DNA from: a virus
Lineage: Duplodnaviria; Caudoviricetes
IMG/VR virus record: IMGVR_UViG_3300010338_000575
Reading direction: 5' to 3' (one strand)
DNA length: 64,000 nucleotides
Shown here: one piece after another, positions 19,553-30,302 of the stretch
Layout of the letters: the number at the start of each line of letters is the position of its first letter
How positions within the stretch are numbered: the stretch's first letter is position 1
Notes under the pieces: model-generated
What the model was told of the DNA's origin: nothing
The model's input: the letters and a program-made list of their open reading frames with translations, nothing else
Databases searched by the model: none
Position numbers and translations under genes: made by a program

Positions 19553-22500
19553 GTGGCAAAAATAAAAGTAATTAATAATAAACTTGATGGTAATTTAAAT
19601 GGTGGTGATTTTACCGATAATCCATCAAATATAATATTTTCATTTGGTAGTTTTTTTGTTACTAGTAATTTTGAAGGTAAGAAAAATATCACATATCAAA
19701 ACACATTAAATAATTTTGTCAGACCAGTAACACTTGAAACATTGAATCTTACTGATATTCAATCTAATATTATCGAAACAAAATCAAAATCATTTGTATT
19801 AAATTTTGATAATAAAGATTTAAATACATTTGTTAGATTTGGTTCGGCTTATGATTTTCTCAGAATTTCAATTGAAAATATAATTCTTAAATATCCAAGT
19901 AGTCTTTTTGCTAATTCATTAAGATTAGGTAATAATCCAATACCAACATTTAGTGGTTGTAATTATAATGATGTTACCAATATATCTACATTTTATGTAT
20001 TGGTTGATTGTATTGAAAATAGATTTGGAATGGTATTTAATAAGGATAATGAAACCATTCCTGATAATGATGTTTTAAAAAATTTAAACTTATCGTATAA
20101 TGATTTTGTAATTAGTACTGCATCAAATTATGATAAATCATATCCGATAATCGGATATACTGGTAATACAATTAATAGTACCAATCCAACGTTACGAAAT
20201 TTTATTAAATTTAAAGTGATTGGTAATCCATTTTCAGACGTGATGACTGGTAATACAAATGGTATTGGTTTTATAAATTTTCACATAAAACCAAATAACA
20301 TTAAATTTGAAGAATTTAGGGCACAATTAAAACCATATGAAAGATATATCATGTCTGAAAGAGTTGGTGTTGATGGATTTAAATTTGTTTTAAAAAATCC
20401 AACATTGGATGATAATGGCGAAATTATATATGTTGATAAAACATTAATATGGACAACCACAGATGGTTATAATATTGATTTTGATAATAATGCATATAGA
20501 AATTTTTTGAATGCGGTATTAGCAATAGGTGATAAATATGATAAAATTAAAACAAATTTAATTATTAGAATGTTAGTGCCGTCATCTGTTATAACATATG
20601 ATTTAACTGAAAATCGTAAAATTAGTAAACTATTAAAAATATATGGTTGGGAATTTGACCAAATTAGAGGGTTTATTGATTCATTAATGTATATTAATAA
20701 AATTACATATGATAAAATTAATAACACACCAGATATTATAATAAAAAATATTGCGAGAACATTTGGTTGGGACTATTTTAATTTATTGAACGAAAATGAA
20801 TTAGTTGATAGTATTTTAACCATAGATGAACAAGAAAGAAATTTACATAAAGATTTATTACCAGCAGAAATTGACATTGAGTTATGGAGAAGAATTTTAT
20901 TAAATACTAATTATTTTTGGAAATCTAAAGGAACTCGTGATGCGATTAAATCAATATTTTTACTAATTGGAATTCCAGAACCTTTTATTAATATTACTGA
21001 ATATGTATATACCGTTGATGGTAAAATTAATCCACAAAATGTAAAATTAAATATACGTGATTTTCCAACACAATCGTTGCCATATGATAATAGTGGCTAT
21101 CCAATTGCACCACTTGAATCAAATTCATTTTATTTTCAAGTATCAGGTGATACTGATGGTGGTCAAACATATCTTAATGTTTTTCGTAAAGCGGGTTTTA
21201 TATTGAACGAAACCGTTGATAATAAAAAATCTTGGGTACAATCGGGTGCAACGTATAGAAAACACCATACAACACCACAGTATTATCAAGAAGATAGTAG
21301 GTTGATTATTAATACGAAAGAAGTTGATATTGCTTTAGATGTTGCAAGAGGTATTGAATATGATGTGTATAAATATATAAAAGATTATGATTTTCCAGTC
21401 AACAATAGTGGATATACATTACCATATTCATATGTTAACATATCGTTAAATTATACAGGAACTCAAAATACATTCACATTACCATTTGAATATGACAATA
21501 CACAAGGTGATTTGGAAGTTAGATTTAATGGTATATTATTAAATGCCCCTAAAACAGGTGTTACTAATAATGTGTTGACAAATGCTGATTACGTTGTGAC
21601 AGGTAATACTTTTACAATATTAAATGATAATTATGCAAAAAATTATGGAAATCATAGAGATGTGATACAAGCAACCTTTATATATTCATCGGATGAACCG
21701 ATATCGGGTATTACAGTCAATTATATTGTTACTCGAATTAAAGCCAATTTAACTGGTACTATTATACCATTACCAACAACACCACGTGGTGATGTTCAAG
21801 TGACTATTAATGGCATTGCTTTATCAAAAGGAACTCCCCAATATACTGCAGATTATAATATTAATTATAATACCAATGAAATTATCATATTAAATCAAGA
21901 TGTGATTTCATATTTGGTTGATAATCCTGAGGTACAAGTATCTTATGTTGAAGTTATTAATAATAATGATATTTCATTGAAAAATGAAACCGTTAGAATC
22001 GATAGTTTTAGTAATAGTAAAATATATTATAGTGCTAATGCTAATAAATACGTATACAAACTAAATTATAAAGTAAATGATGCTAAGGATATTAAATTTT
22101 TAGTGGATGGAATTGCATTAGAGCCAATTAAAGATTATAGTATTAATACATTAAACCCATATGAAGTGTTTTTACCAAAAGGATTGAGATATGGTAGTGT
22201 TCTCAGTGTTTATTATTTGGTTGGTGGAAATACTGTATATAAACCAGTAGTATCAGATTCATTTAGTATTGGTGATATTAGCAAATTATCATTTCTTGAA
22301 TTTCTTGAATTAATTCAAAGAAAAATGATTAATGCTAGAAATAGAAAAACAATTACCGATTCCAAAGGGGGATGGTATTCAACTGTACTTAAAATATATG
22401 AAACGTATTTAAAACGAAGTGAACTTGAAATCAATAATCCGTTACATTCTAATGGTTATTCATTCAGCAATTTATATCAGTTTTTAAATAAATATAATGC

Positions 22501-23908
22501 ATTTTTTAATAGATTTGTAGAACAATTACTATCATCAACAATAATTCTAAAAAAGGGTGGATTGTTAGTTAGGAATAGTATATTTACTAAGCAAAAGTAT
22601 GTATATAAAAGAGGTGTTAACGTTCACGAAAATGCGATTTTAAATTTTGATAATGTTAATACAACGATAAAAAATAGGTCAACATTATATCATTTAGGTG
22701 ATGATGGTAGTGTTTTTACAATACCAGTGGAATATAATACACCTTCACCAATTGAGTTATATGTTGACACTAAATTAGGATATGCTGGTATTGGTAAATT
22801 GGTCGATATTGGTGGTGAAAATATTGTTAATTATGAAAATATCACACAGTACGGTATTCAATATAAAGAAACAATTTCAAATAATTGGATACAATATCCA
22901 TTATTAACACAACCATTAACCACAAATAATTTCACATTAACGATAACTGGGTTGTCTGAAAACACGTCATATGATTATCGTGCAATTGTATATTTAAATA
23001 ATATTAGTGCAACTGGCGATACAAAAACATTAACAACACTCGCAACACCACCACTACCAGTACCATCTGGTAAAACAAAACTGATGACATCATCAACAAC
23101 CACATCAATAATCGGAACTGGTGGTTATGATATTCAAAGATACCAAGATGTTGATTGGTATGGTGTTCAATATGAGCCAATTGGTACGACAATCATCGAT
23201 TTTAACGTAACACCAACACAATTCACAAATGTGCCTGCAAGTAATACTGGATTAACAGTTACAGTATGTGGTGATATATCAAATTGTTATGATGTTAGTA
23301 CGAATGAATTATGGTTTATATTATCAATACCTAATCCACCAATACCACAAGGTAATTCATATAATATTGGTGTTAAGGCAAATACTTCAACATCACCAAG
23401 AACAGGTACTATTTGTTTTATACCACAATCTGGTGATACTAAAACGGTATGTGTAACACAATTAGGTTCACCAATAGTAACAATACCTGTTAATGTATGT
23501 TATTACCCCAACAATGGTGTTGATTATTATACTTGCACAACATGTTCAAGACGTGGTGGTTATGTCACTAAACCACAAAATGGCGAGTGTTTTAATGTTA
23601 AATTAGATTATTCAATATCAAAATGTTCAACACCGCTTATAACAGAATCGTGTGTGTGGGTTAAATGTAATGGTTCTGAAATATTTTCTTGTGAAATTGT
23701 TTCAAAAATAGCAAAAGAAATATGTGGTACTTTTGGTGTTGTTACAGTAACACCAAATACATGTTTAGAATTATTTGCATATGCTGAAACAACATCATCA
23801 AGAATACCGTCAATTTCAAAAATTTATATTAACGAAGTGAATAATATTTGCGGTAATTATTGTTTAGGTGGTTCTAATCAAATTGTTGCTGGTGCTGGTT
23901 TAGTTTAA
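19553..23908 (+). CDS. large baseplate/tail protein with gp7/P2-I-like region, FN3, BACON-like and Cys-rich C-terminal domains
   Basis: IARTFGW..WRRILLN..KSKGTRDAIKSIF; ITGLSENTSYDYRA (FN3); ANTSTSPRTGTI..VCVTQ (BACON). Confidence 0.7.
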   Translation: MAKIKVINNKLDGNLNGGDFTDNPSNIIFSFGSFFVTSNFEGKKNITYQNTLNNFVRPVTLETLNLTDIQSNIIETKSKSFVLNFDNKDLNTFVRFGSAYDFLRISIENIILKYPSSLFANSLRLGNNPIPTFSGCNYNDVTNISTFYVLVDCIENRFGMVFNKDNETIPDNDVLKNLNLSYNDFVISTASNYDKSYPIIGYTGNTINSTNPTLRNFIKFKVIGNPFSDVMTGNTNGIGFINFHIKPNNIKFEEFRAQLKPYERYIMSERVGVDGFKFVLKNPTLDDNGEIIYVDKTLIWTTTDGYNIDFDNNAYRNFLNAVLAIGDKYDKIKTNLIIRMLVPSSVITYDLTENRKISKLLKIYGWEFDQIRGFIDSLMYINKITYDKINNTPDIIIKNIARTFGWDYFNLLNENELVDSILTIDEQERNLHKDLLPAEIDIELWRRILLNTNYFWKSKGTRDAIKSIFLLIGIPEPFINITEYVYTVDGKINPQNVKLNIRDFPTQSLPYDNSGYPIAPLESNSFYFQVSGDTDGGQTYLNVFRKAGFILNETVDNKKSWVQSGATYRKHHTTPQYYQEDSRLIINTKEVDIALDVARGIEYDVYKYIKDYDFPVNNSGYTLPYSYVNISLNYTGTQNTFTLPFEYDNTQGDLEVRFNGILLNAPKTGVTNNVLTNADYVVTGNTFTILNDNYAKNYGNHRDVIQATFIYSSDEPISGITVNYIVTRIKANLTGTIIPLPTTPRGDVQVTINGIALSKGTPQYTADYNINYNTNEIIILNQDVISYLVDNPEVQVSYVEVINNNDISLKNETVRIDSFSNSKIYYSANANKYVYKLNYKVNDAKDIKFLVDGIALEPIKDYSINTLNPYEVFLPKGLRYGSVLSVYYLVGGNTVYKPVVSDSFSIGDISKLSFLEFLELIQRKMINARNRKTITDSKGGWYSTVLKIYETYLKRSELEINNPLHSNGYSFSNLYQFLNKYNAFFNRFVEQLLSSTIILKKGGLLVRNSIFTKQKYVYKRGVNVHENAILNFDNVNTTIKNRSTLYHLGDDGSVFTIPVEYNTPSPIELYVDTKLGYAGIGKLVDIGGENIVNYENITQYGIQYKETISNNWIQYPLLTQPLTTNNFTLTITGLSENTSYDYRAIVYLNNISATGDTKTLTTLATPPLPVPSGKTKLMTSSTTTSIIGTGGYDIQRYQDVDWYGVQYEPIGTTIIDFNVTPTQFTNVPASNTGLTVTVCGDISNCYDVSTNELWFILSIPNPPIPQGNSYNIGVKANTSTSPRTGTICFIPQSGDTKTVCVTQLGSPIVTIPVNVCYYPNNGVDYYTCTTCSRRGGYVTKPQNGECFNVKLDYSISKCSTPLITESCVWVKCNGSEIFSCEIVSKIAKEICGTFGVVTVTPNTCLELFAYAETTSSRIPSISKIYINEVNNICGNYCLGGSNQIVAGAGLV

Positions 23909-23941
23909 TAATATAATTATTTAAAATATAATGGTGTAATA

Positions 23942-24001
23942 GTATGACTTGGCAATGCACAGAATTAAAACGTATGACTTGGCAATGCACAGAATTAAAA
24001 C
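23942..24001 (+). repeat. perfect 30-bp tandem duplication spanning a start codon
   Basis: GTATGACTTGGCAATGCACAGAATTAAAAC x2. Confidence 0.95.
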
Positions 24002-24894
24002 AAGGTCCTCTCACTAATAATTCATATACAATAGATATTACTGGATTAACTCCAAGTACAAAATATCGTTATCGTGCATATTTTGTTGTTGATGGTGTTG
24101 AATATTATGGTAATATATTAACAGGCACAACTGCATCAATATCAATAACAACACCAACTGTAATAACAGGTGAAGCATATCATGATTTAGATGCCCCATC
24201 AACAGCAATAAGGGTTTATAATAATTGTATATCAAATAACGGCAATGCACCTATTCAAGAATATGGTGTTTTGTATACAAAAAGCATTCAGTTTAGTTGT
24301 GATAATTGCCTAATAATTGAAAATTATCCAAATTATGTAATGAAAAAATCATTATATGATGATGGGCAAATGAACCCATATTTCATTGATGATTCAGCAT
24401 ATTCAATTTGTAATTTGGAATCTGACACAACCTATTATTATAGGGCATATGCAAAAAATGCTGCAGGTTATTCTTATGGTAGCGTAAAAAATATAAAAAC
24501 AGAATCACCCCCATCACCACCAATTAATATTGAAGTAAATATTACGTGGAATGATGAAAATAATTTTGGTCGTAATGATGGTTTTGGTGGTAGTTTTTCT
24601 ATAATGTGTTGTGATAATTCGTTAATATCTACACATACAATACCATCATATTCAAAAAATAGAACTTGTTTGATTTGTTTAAATGCTGGTTGTTATTACA
24701 TCGATTTAAATAATATCGAAGCAAGAATTGATTATAATTTAATATCATATGATATTGAATGGTCATTATCATGTAATGGATTTGAAACAATACCAATTAT
24801 TTGTCCAATAACAAGTTGTTTTAATGGTGATGTGACAATTTCAGTATCATTACCCAATTTTGTTGGATATGATGGTCAATTACCACCAATATAA
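23944..24894 (+). CDS. FN3-containing Cys-rich tail accessory protein
   Basis: ITGLTPSTKYRYRAY; NLESDTTYYYRAYAKNAAGYSYG. Confidence 0.7.
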   Translation: MTWQCTELKRMTWQCTELKQGPLTNNSYTIDITGLTPSTKYRYRAYFVVDGVEYYGNILTGTTASISITTPTVITGEAYHDLDAPSTAIRVYNNCISNNGNAPIQEYGVLYTKSIQFSCDNCLIIENYPNYVMKKSLYDDGQMNPYFIDDSAYSICNLESDTTYYYRAYAKNAAGYSYGSVKNIKTESPPSPPINIEVNITWNDENNFGRNDGFGGSFSIMCCDNSLISTHTIPSYSKNRTCLICLNAGCYYIDLNNIEARIDYNLISYDIEWSLSCNGFETIPIICPITSCFNGDVTISVSLPNFVGYDGQLPPI

Positions 24895-24909
24895 AAAAAA
24901 TAAATAATT

Positions 24910-24918
24910 GTATTTATA
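24910..24918 (+). promoter_or_regulatory. putative late promoter GTATTTATA
   Basis: Upstream of ORF 24932. Confidence 0.6.
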
Positions 24919-24931
24919 ATAAAAAAACAAA

Positions 24932-26230
24932 ATGGCATTTATAGATAAAAAAAACCCAGTTGTAATTAATATAAAATTAACATCTAAAGGTAGAGAGTTG
25001 TTATCGAAGGGTAAATTAAATTTCACATATTACGCTATTGGTGATAGTGAAATTGATTATAATTTTGTTTCAAAAATAGAGAACGATCCGAATGTGACTG
25101 ATTATTCAGCATTCAATTCAATGATATTAAGACCTGTTGATAAAAATCCAAATATAATTTCGTTTATTCCCAAATCATTATCAGGTGATCCTTATAATTA
25201 TATTAATATAGTACCAACATCATATTATACAGTGCATAATAAAGTTGATAGTGTTGGATTTTTTAGTAATAGTGGTGAAACTTTTATTACCGATAGTAAT
25301 CATATAAAGCAACCTGATGTAATGATTCAGGTGAATACTGTTAATGGTGGTCAATCGTTAACATTAAAAAAAGCACCAACATACGGTACGAGTACATTAG
25401 AACCAACTGTCGGTGATTTATTATTTGTGAGATGGACATATACAAATTCAACTACTGGTTATTCAGTAAATAATACATTTCCAACACCTAATTTATTTTA
25501 CAAGATAACTGGAATTGTAAGTGGTTCATTATCGACAAACGATTTAAATGTTGTGGTTGATCGTGAATTACCTAATTTTAGTAATTTAACAATACCATCA
25601 AATATACATGCAGGTGCAATGGTATTATATGATTTAATTAATTATACGGGGTCGACATTATTAAACATGTCATCAACTGATTATGTTGATGAAAGTGTTT
25701 TATCATTTTTAGAAAATAGTCAATCACCAACAATAATTTATCCATTTTGGAATTTATCGATAATATATACTGAAGAAATTGCAGGTGTTGGTGCAAATAA
25801 TTTAAAATATACCCAATTTAAAAATAAAGCAATGGGTGGTTTTGTATCATATATACAAAATCAAGCACCAATTTATAAAAAATTAGGTGTTATACACTAT
25901 ACAAATAATTCACCTGCAAATGTATATGCTGAAGGATTTTTATTAAAAACACCAACAATTAGAATACCAACAATAATGTGGCATAAATCTAATAGTGATA
26001 CATTAGGTGTTACACTAATTGCTAGTGGTGATAGTAAATTATTAACTGGAACAACAAAATCATTAGATGTTGTATATTATGATTTATGTGATATAAATGG
26101 ATTTGTTGTGGGTAAGGTGTTTCCCGATTTAAAAATATTTGTTATTGAGGATCAAGAGTTATTATTTGCCATGTCATATAAATCAAATAGGTCGTGGACG
26201 TTACCTAATTATATAATAAGTAGTATTTGA
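24932..26230 (+). CDS. tail/baseplate structural protein with collar-fibre-like N-terminus
   Basis: LTSKGRELL..FTYYAIGD. Confidence 0.55.
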   Translation: MAFIDKKNPVVINIKLTSKGRELLSKGKLNFTYYAIGDSEIDYNFVSKIENDPNVTDYSAFNSMILRPVDKNPNIISFIPKSLSGDPYNYINIVPTSYYTVHNKVDSVGFFSNSGETFITDSNHIKQPDVMIQVNTVNGGQSLTLKKAPTYGTSTLEPTVGDLLFVRWTYTNSTTGYSVNNTFPTPNLFYKITGIVSGSLSTNDLNVVVDRELPNFSNLTIPSNIHAGAMVLYDLINYTGSTLLNMSSTDYVDESVLSFLENSQSPTIIYPFWNLSIIYTEEIAGVGANNLKYTQFKNKAMGGFVSYIQNQAPIYKKLGVIHYTNNSPANVYAEGFLLKTPTIRIPTIMWHKSNSDTLGVTLIASGDSKLLTGTTKSLDVVYYDLCDINGFVVGKVFPDLKIFVIEDQELLFAMSYKSNRSWTLPNYIISSI

Positions 26231-26242
26231 TAACATAAAAAT

Positions 26243-26968
26243 ATGAAAACATATACAATATTTACAACTTATGTATTAGTACCAACTGGTGGTACTTTTG
26301 GTATGCCATATAGTATGGCAATACATTGTAATTATATTAATAAAACACAAATTGAAACTGAAAATATTAATATACATGGGTTTAAATTATATTTTCCAAA
26401 CCCCGATGAATTTAGGTTTTTAAATAACACATTAAATGGTGTTGGTTATACAGCAAATAAAATATATATTTTATTTCAAATTGTAGATAATACCAATGCT
26501 AATGGTGGTGAAATAATTCCAATATCATCAGAATGGAGATATGTTGACGTTACCAATCAAATACAAAATCATGGTCAATATTTATCTGCAAATGATTTAA
26601 CAAACACCGTTTTTTATATTCAATTTAATAATTATGATAATTATCCAATCTATAATTTAAATTATTTATCATATCCACAATATAATCAATCGGATAAATT
26701 GTCGTTTGGTGATGAAACGTATTTCTTTGGTGTTGTTGAAACTGAAATAAAAGCAGATGTATATACGACAGATATTTCTATTAATTTACCATTAAATGAA
26801 TTTAACACAAGTACAAATTCAACATGGGATGGTAATTCAAAAGTATACATAAGTGAAATTGGTATATATGATAGTGATAAAAATTTGGTTGCTATTGGGA
26901 AATTGAATAATCCAGTACCTAAAGATTCTACAATATCTAGAACTATTGTTTTTGCAATTGATTTTTAA
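26243..26968 (+). CDS. tail/baseplate structural protein with collar-fibre-like C-terminus
   Basis: ISEIGIYDSDKNLVAIGKLNNPVPK..IDF. Confidence 0.55.
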   Translation: MKTYTIFTTYVLVPTGGTFGMPYSMAIHCNYINKTQIETENINIHGFKLYFPNPDEFRFLNNTLNGVGYTANKIYILFQIVDNTNANGGEIIPISSEWRYVDVTNQIQNHGQYLSANDLTNTVFYIQFNNYDNYPIYNLNYLSYPQYNQSDKLSFGDETYFFGVVETEIKADVYTTDISINLPLNEFNTSTNSTWDGNSKVYISEIGIYDSDKNLVAIGKLNNPVPKDSTISRTIVFAIDF

Positions 26969-27005
26969 AAAAAATTAATAATTATATAATTTTTTATAAA
27001 ATCTT

Positions 27006-27015
27006 AGTATTTATT
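27006..27015 (+). promoter_or_regulatory. putative late promoter AGTATTTATT
   Basis: Upstream of the RHH-RuvC-GIY-YIG unit. Confidence 0.55.
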
Positions 27016-27048
27016 ATAAAATAATTTTTATAATAAAAAAATACAATT

Positions 27049-27246
27049 ATGTCAAATATTGAAAAAAAATTTAAATCGATAATTATTAATGGTGAATTAC
27101 ATTATAGATTAAAAATCTATTGTAAGGGAAAAAGTTTAAAAATTGGTGGTGTTATTGAAGATTTAATTGATTTGTATCTAACAAAGCCTAAAGAATTACA
27201 AAAAATGATTGAGGAAAATAATAGTAAAAAAAATGTTGTTATATAG
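27049..27246 (+). CDS. ribbon-helix-helix-like DNA-binding protein
   Basis: KSIIINGELHYRLKIYC..IGGVIEDLI pattern. Confidence 0.5.
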   Translation: MSNIEKKFKSIIINGELHYRLKIYCKGKSLKIGGVIEDLIDLYLTKPKELQKMIEENNSKKNVVI

Positions 27247-27255
27247 TATAGTGTT

Positions 27256-27870
27256 ATGGAAAATTATGTATGGTCATTAGATATAAGCACAACTAATATT
27301 GGTAGTGCTCTTTGGAATTTGGATGGTAAGTTAATTGAATTAAAACATCTCGAATTAAAAACCCCCAAAAATATCGATGTTGAACATAGGGATATTTATA
27401 AGGGTGAAAATTTTAAAAATTATGTTGTTGAGTATAAAGAAAGAGTATTAAATGAATTAAATGGTAAGATTGTTCAAATAATTGTTGAAGAACCGCTTGG
27501 TGGTAGTAATAATATTAATACCGTGTCGTTATTATATGGTTTTAATGGTATTTGTAGATATATATTGTATACCGTTTTTGGTGTTTATCCAATAAAAATT
27601 AGTGTATATGAATCAAGAAAATTATTTTGCCCCGAATTAGTCAAAACATCATATGATAAAAAGGGTGTGAAAAAAGAAACACTTTCATTTCCTAAAGAAT
27701 ATGAAAAAAAGAAAAAATTGTATATTTGGGAAAAAGTTTCTAAATTAGAACCCCAAATTAATTGGGTTTATAAGAAAAATAGCAACGAACCAAAGGATAT
27801 GTGTTTTGATATGTCTGATAGTTATGCTGTTGGTTATGCTGGATTAAAAAAAATGGGAATTATTAAATGA
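27256..27870 (+). CDS. RuvC-like Holliday junction resolvase
   Basis: SLDISTTNIG, IIVEEP, DMSDSYAV acidic tetrad. Confidence 0.7.
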   Translation: MENYVWSLDISTTNIGSALWNLDGKLIELKHLELKTPKNIDVEHRDIYKGENFKNYVVEYKERVLNELNGKIVQIIVEEPLGGSNNINTVSLLYGFNGICRYILYTVFGVYPIKISVYESRKLFCPELVKTSYDKKGVKKETLSFPKEYEKKKKLYIWEKVSKLEPQINWVYKKNSNEPKDMCFDMSDSYAVGYAGLKKMGIIK

Positions 27871-28175
27871 AATATGTTTATTTGATACAATCGTTAGAAA
27901 ACGGCTATTATAAAATAGGTGTTTCAACACAACCACAAAAAAGATTAAAACAATTACAAACAGGTAATTCTTCAACATTAAAATTAATTGATGCGTTTTT
28001 ATCTGAATATGCAATGAAAATTGAAAAATCGTTGCATAATAGATATTCGTATTTAAAAAAAGAAGGTGAATGGTTTGATTTATCCATTGAAATTGAAGTT
28101 AATTTCATTGATGAATGTAAAAAAATTGAAAATAATATTAAGATATTAAAAGAAAATGGGAATGTTTTTATCTAA
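27867..28175 (+). CDS. GIY-YIG family (T5orf172/MUG113-like) nuclease
   Basis: YVYLI..YKIGVS..RLKQLQTGN..E..LH..GEWF. Confidence 0.8.
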   Translation: MKYVYLIQSLENGYYKIGVSTQPQKRLKQLQTGNSSTLKLIDAFLSEYAMKIEKSLHNRYSYLKKEGEWFDLSIEIEVNFIDECKKIENNIKILKENGNVFI

Positions 28176-28181
28176 AAAAAC

Positions 28182-28212
28182 TTGCAATATTCATAATTTT
28201 ATTGTATGTTTG
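28182..28212 (+). promoter_or_regulatory. Bacteroidota sigma-A promoter
   Basis: TTG-N20-TATGTTTG. Confidence 0.55.
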
Positions 28213-28259
28213 ACAAAATTTTTTTAATTATTTTATTTGTCTAATAATATATAAAAAAA

Positions 28260-29696
28260 ATGACAAGAGAAAGAATTGAAAATGCTGTTAATGTTATTAA
28301 TTATGCTATTAATAACGGTATTTCGGTAAGTGAAGCATCAATAAAATGTGGGTATGCAAGAACATACATAAAAAACGTAAAAGCATTAATTTATGAAAAA
28401 TATGATAATGGTATTTTAGATGATGATTTATTTGAATTATTTAATAATGCTTATCAAAGATATTTAAACAAATACAATAATTATCGAATCAAACCTGATG
28501 ATTTGGTTGATACTAATAATTTAAATAAGGTTATTGTTGATGGTGTATCAGTAACATCAAATGATAATGAACTTAATATAGAATGGTCTGGTGATGTTAA
28601 ACACGTAAAAACATTGGAAGATTTGTTAGAGGTGACTAAGGTAAACCTAAATGATTGGAATGTTGAAAAGTATGTAATTAATAAATGGGATGTAACATCA
28701 TTTAAAAACAATAAACCAATAGTTGCACAGAATTGGCAAGTAAAAGCACAATTAGTGAAAAATAAAACAAAAATTCATGAGCATCAATTGGGTGAAATAT
28801 TTATAAAAATGATTAGTGATTATAAACCACCTGTATTAAATGTTAATTACAAAAAAAAATTTGATAAAACATCAAACGAAGATAACAATTTATTAGAAAT
28901 TTCGATATTTGATTTACATTTAGGTAAATTAGCATGGCGTGGAGAAACATATGAAAATTATGATATAAAAATTGCACGTGAAAGATTTCTATATTCAATC
29001 AATTCTTTAATAAAAAGAGCAAGTGGTTTTTCAATTTCAAGAATTGTTTTTCCAGTTGGAAGTGATTTTTTTAATAGTGATACTATATTCAATACAACAA
29101 CACAAGGAACACCACAAGATGAAGATTTGCGTTGGCAAAAAACGTTTGATATTGGGTGTAGATTAATTATCGATGCTATTAATGTTTTAAAACAAATAGG
29201 AGTGCCAATTGATGTTATTATAGTACCCGGTAATCATGATTTTGAAAGAAATTATTATTTAGGTAAATTTATTGATGCTTGGTTTAATAATGATTCTCAA
29301 GTTATTGTTGACACACATGCGTCGCCAAGAAAGTATTATAGATTTGGTAATTTATTGTTAGGATTTACTCACGGTGATCAGGAAAATGAAAGTAGTTTAC
29401 CGATGATAATGGCAACAGATATACCCTCAAAACCATTATGGAGTCAAACAAAATTTCATGAATGGCATGTTGGTCATATTCATAGAAAAAGAAATGTTAA
29501 ATATGAATTGAATAAAGTAACTGAATTAAACGAAAATTTAGGGGTGACTATTAGATATTTATCCAGTTTAACAGGCACAGAAGAATGGCATCATAAAAAA
29601 GGTTTTATTGGTAATAATAAGGCAGCAGATGCGTTTATTTGGAATTATGAATATGGTTTGGTTGCACACATAAATACAAATATAATAATTGATTAA
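28260..29696 (+). CDS. calcineurin-like metallophosphoesterase with N-terminal HTH-like region
   Basis: DLHLG, GSDFF, PGNHD, HGD, GHIH. Confidence 0.8.
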   Translation: MTRERIENAVNVINYAINNGISVSEASIKCGYARTYIKNVKALIYEKYDNGILDDDLFELFNNAYQRYLNKYNNYRIKPDDLVDTNNLNKVIVDGVSVTSNDNELNIEWSGDVKHVKTLEDLLEVTKVNLNDWNVEKYVINKWDVTSFKNNKPIVAQNWQVKAQLVKNKTKIHEHQLGEIFIKMISDYKPPVLNVNYKKKFDKTSNEDNNLLEISIFDLHLGKLAWRGETYENYDIKIARERFLYSINSLIKRASGFSISRIVFPVGSDFFNSDTIFNTTTQGTPQDEDLRWQKTFDIGCRLIIDAINVLKQIGVPIDVIIVPGNHDFERNYYLGKFIDAWFNNDSQVIVDTHASPRKYYRFGNLLLGFTHGDQENESSLPMIMATDIPSKPLWSQTKFHEWHVGHIHRKRNVKYELNKVTELNENLGVTIRYLSSLTGTEEWHHKKGFIGNNKAADAFIWNYEYGLVAHINTNIIID

Positions 29697-29699
29697 ATT

Positions 29700-30218
29700 A
29701 TGGGTAAAAAAATAATAAAATTAGCAAAAAAAGGTGTTGATGTGACAAATAACAATGAAACAAACACCACTAATGGCACAAAATCGGCAAATGTTGATGT
29801 GCGTAAAGAAATGGCTAAAGCCAAAGTTGATGAACTATTACAAGATATTGATGTTGATGTTAAGATAAAAAAAGATGTGTTGGGTATTGATTTACCAACA
29901 AAAGATAAAATTAGTAATAATGATGTTACTTGGTTACAAGAACAATTATCAATATTAGTTGAAAAATATGAAACGGTATCAAATGATTATTCATTATTGC
30001 GTGAAGAGTATGAAAAAATGCAAAATGAATATAATGAACTAAAAAAATTACCACAAAATGATGAAGTGAAAGATGTTGTGAATAATGTGATTGCAGTATT
30101 TAATGAATTACAAACAAATCACATGAAATACGGTCATAATTTTATAATATATCCAATTGCCTTTATGAATAGACTGATTATGTTTTTTCCCTTTTTAAGT
30201 AAATATAAAAAATATTAA
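29700..30218 (+). CDS. coiled-coil hypothetical protein
   Basis: 172-aa ORF with heptad pattern. Confidence 0.7.
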   Translation: MGKKIIKLAKKGVDVTNNNETNTTNGTKSANVDVRKEMAKAKVDELLQDIDVDVKIKKDVLGIDLPTKDKISNNDVTWLQEQLSILVEKYETVSNDYSLLREEYEKMQNEYNELKKLPQNDEVKDVVNNVIAVFNELQTNHMKYGHNFIIYPIAFMNRLIMFFPFLSKYKKY

Positions 30219-30302
30219 TTTTTTTTCTAAAAAAAATCACAATATGGTATTATTATTGTGATTTTTTTTTATTTTTGTGTGTTAAATAATAAAAAAAATG
30301 AA

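Noticed and set aside
23260-24894. Diversity-generating retroelement target in the tail proteins
   Set aside because: No reverse transcriptase and no TR/VR pair differing at adenines in this window
27867-28175. GIY-YIG as a mobile homing endonuclease
   Set aside because: Short T5orf172-type domain with no DNA-binding extension, and no interrupted host gene
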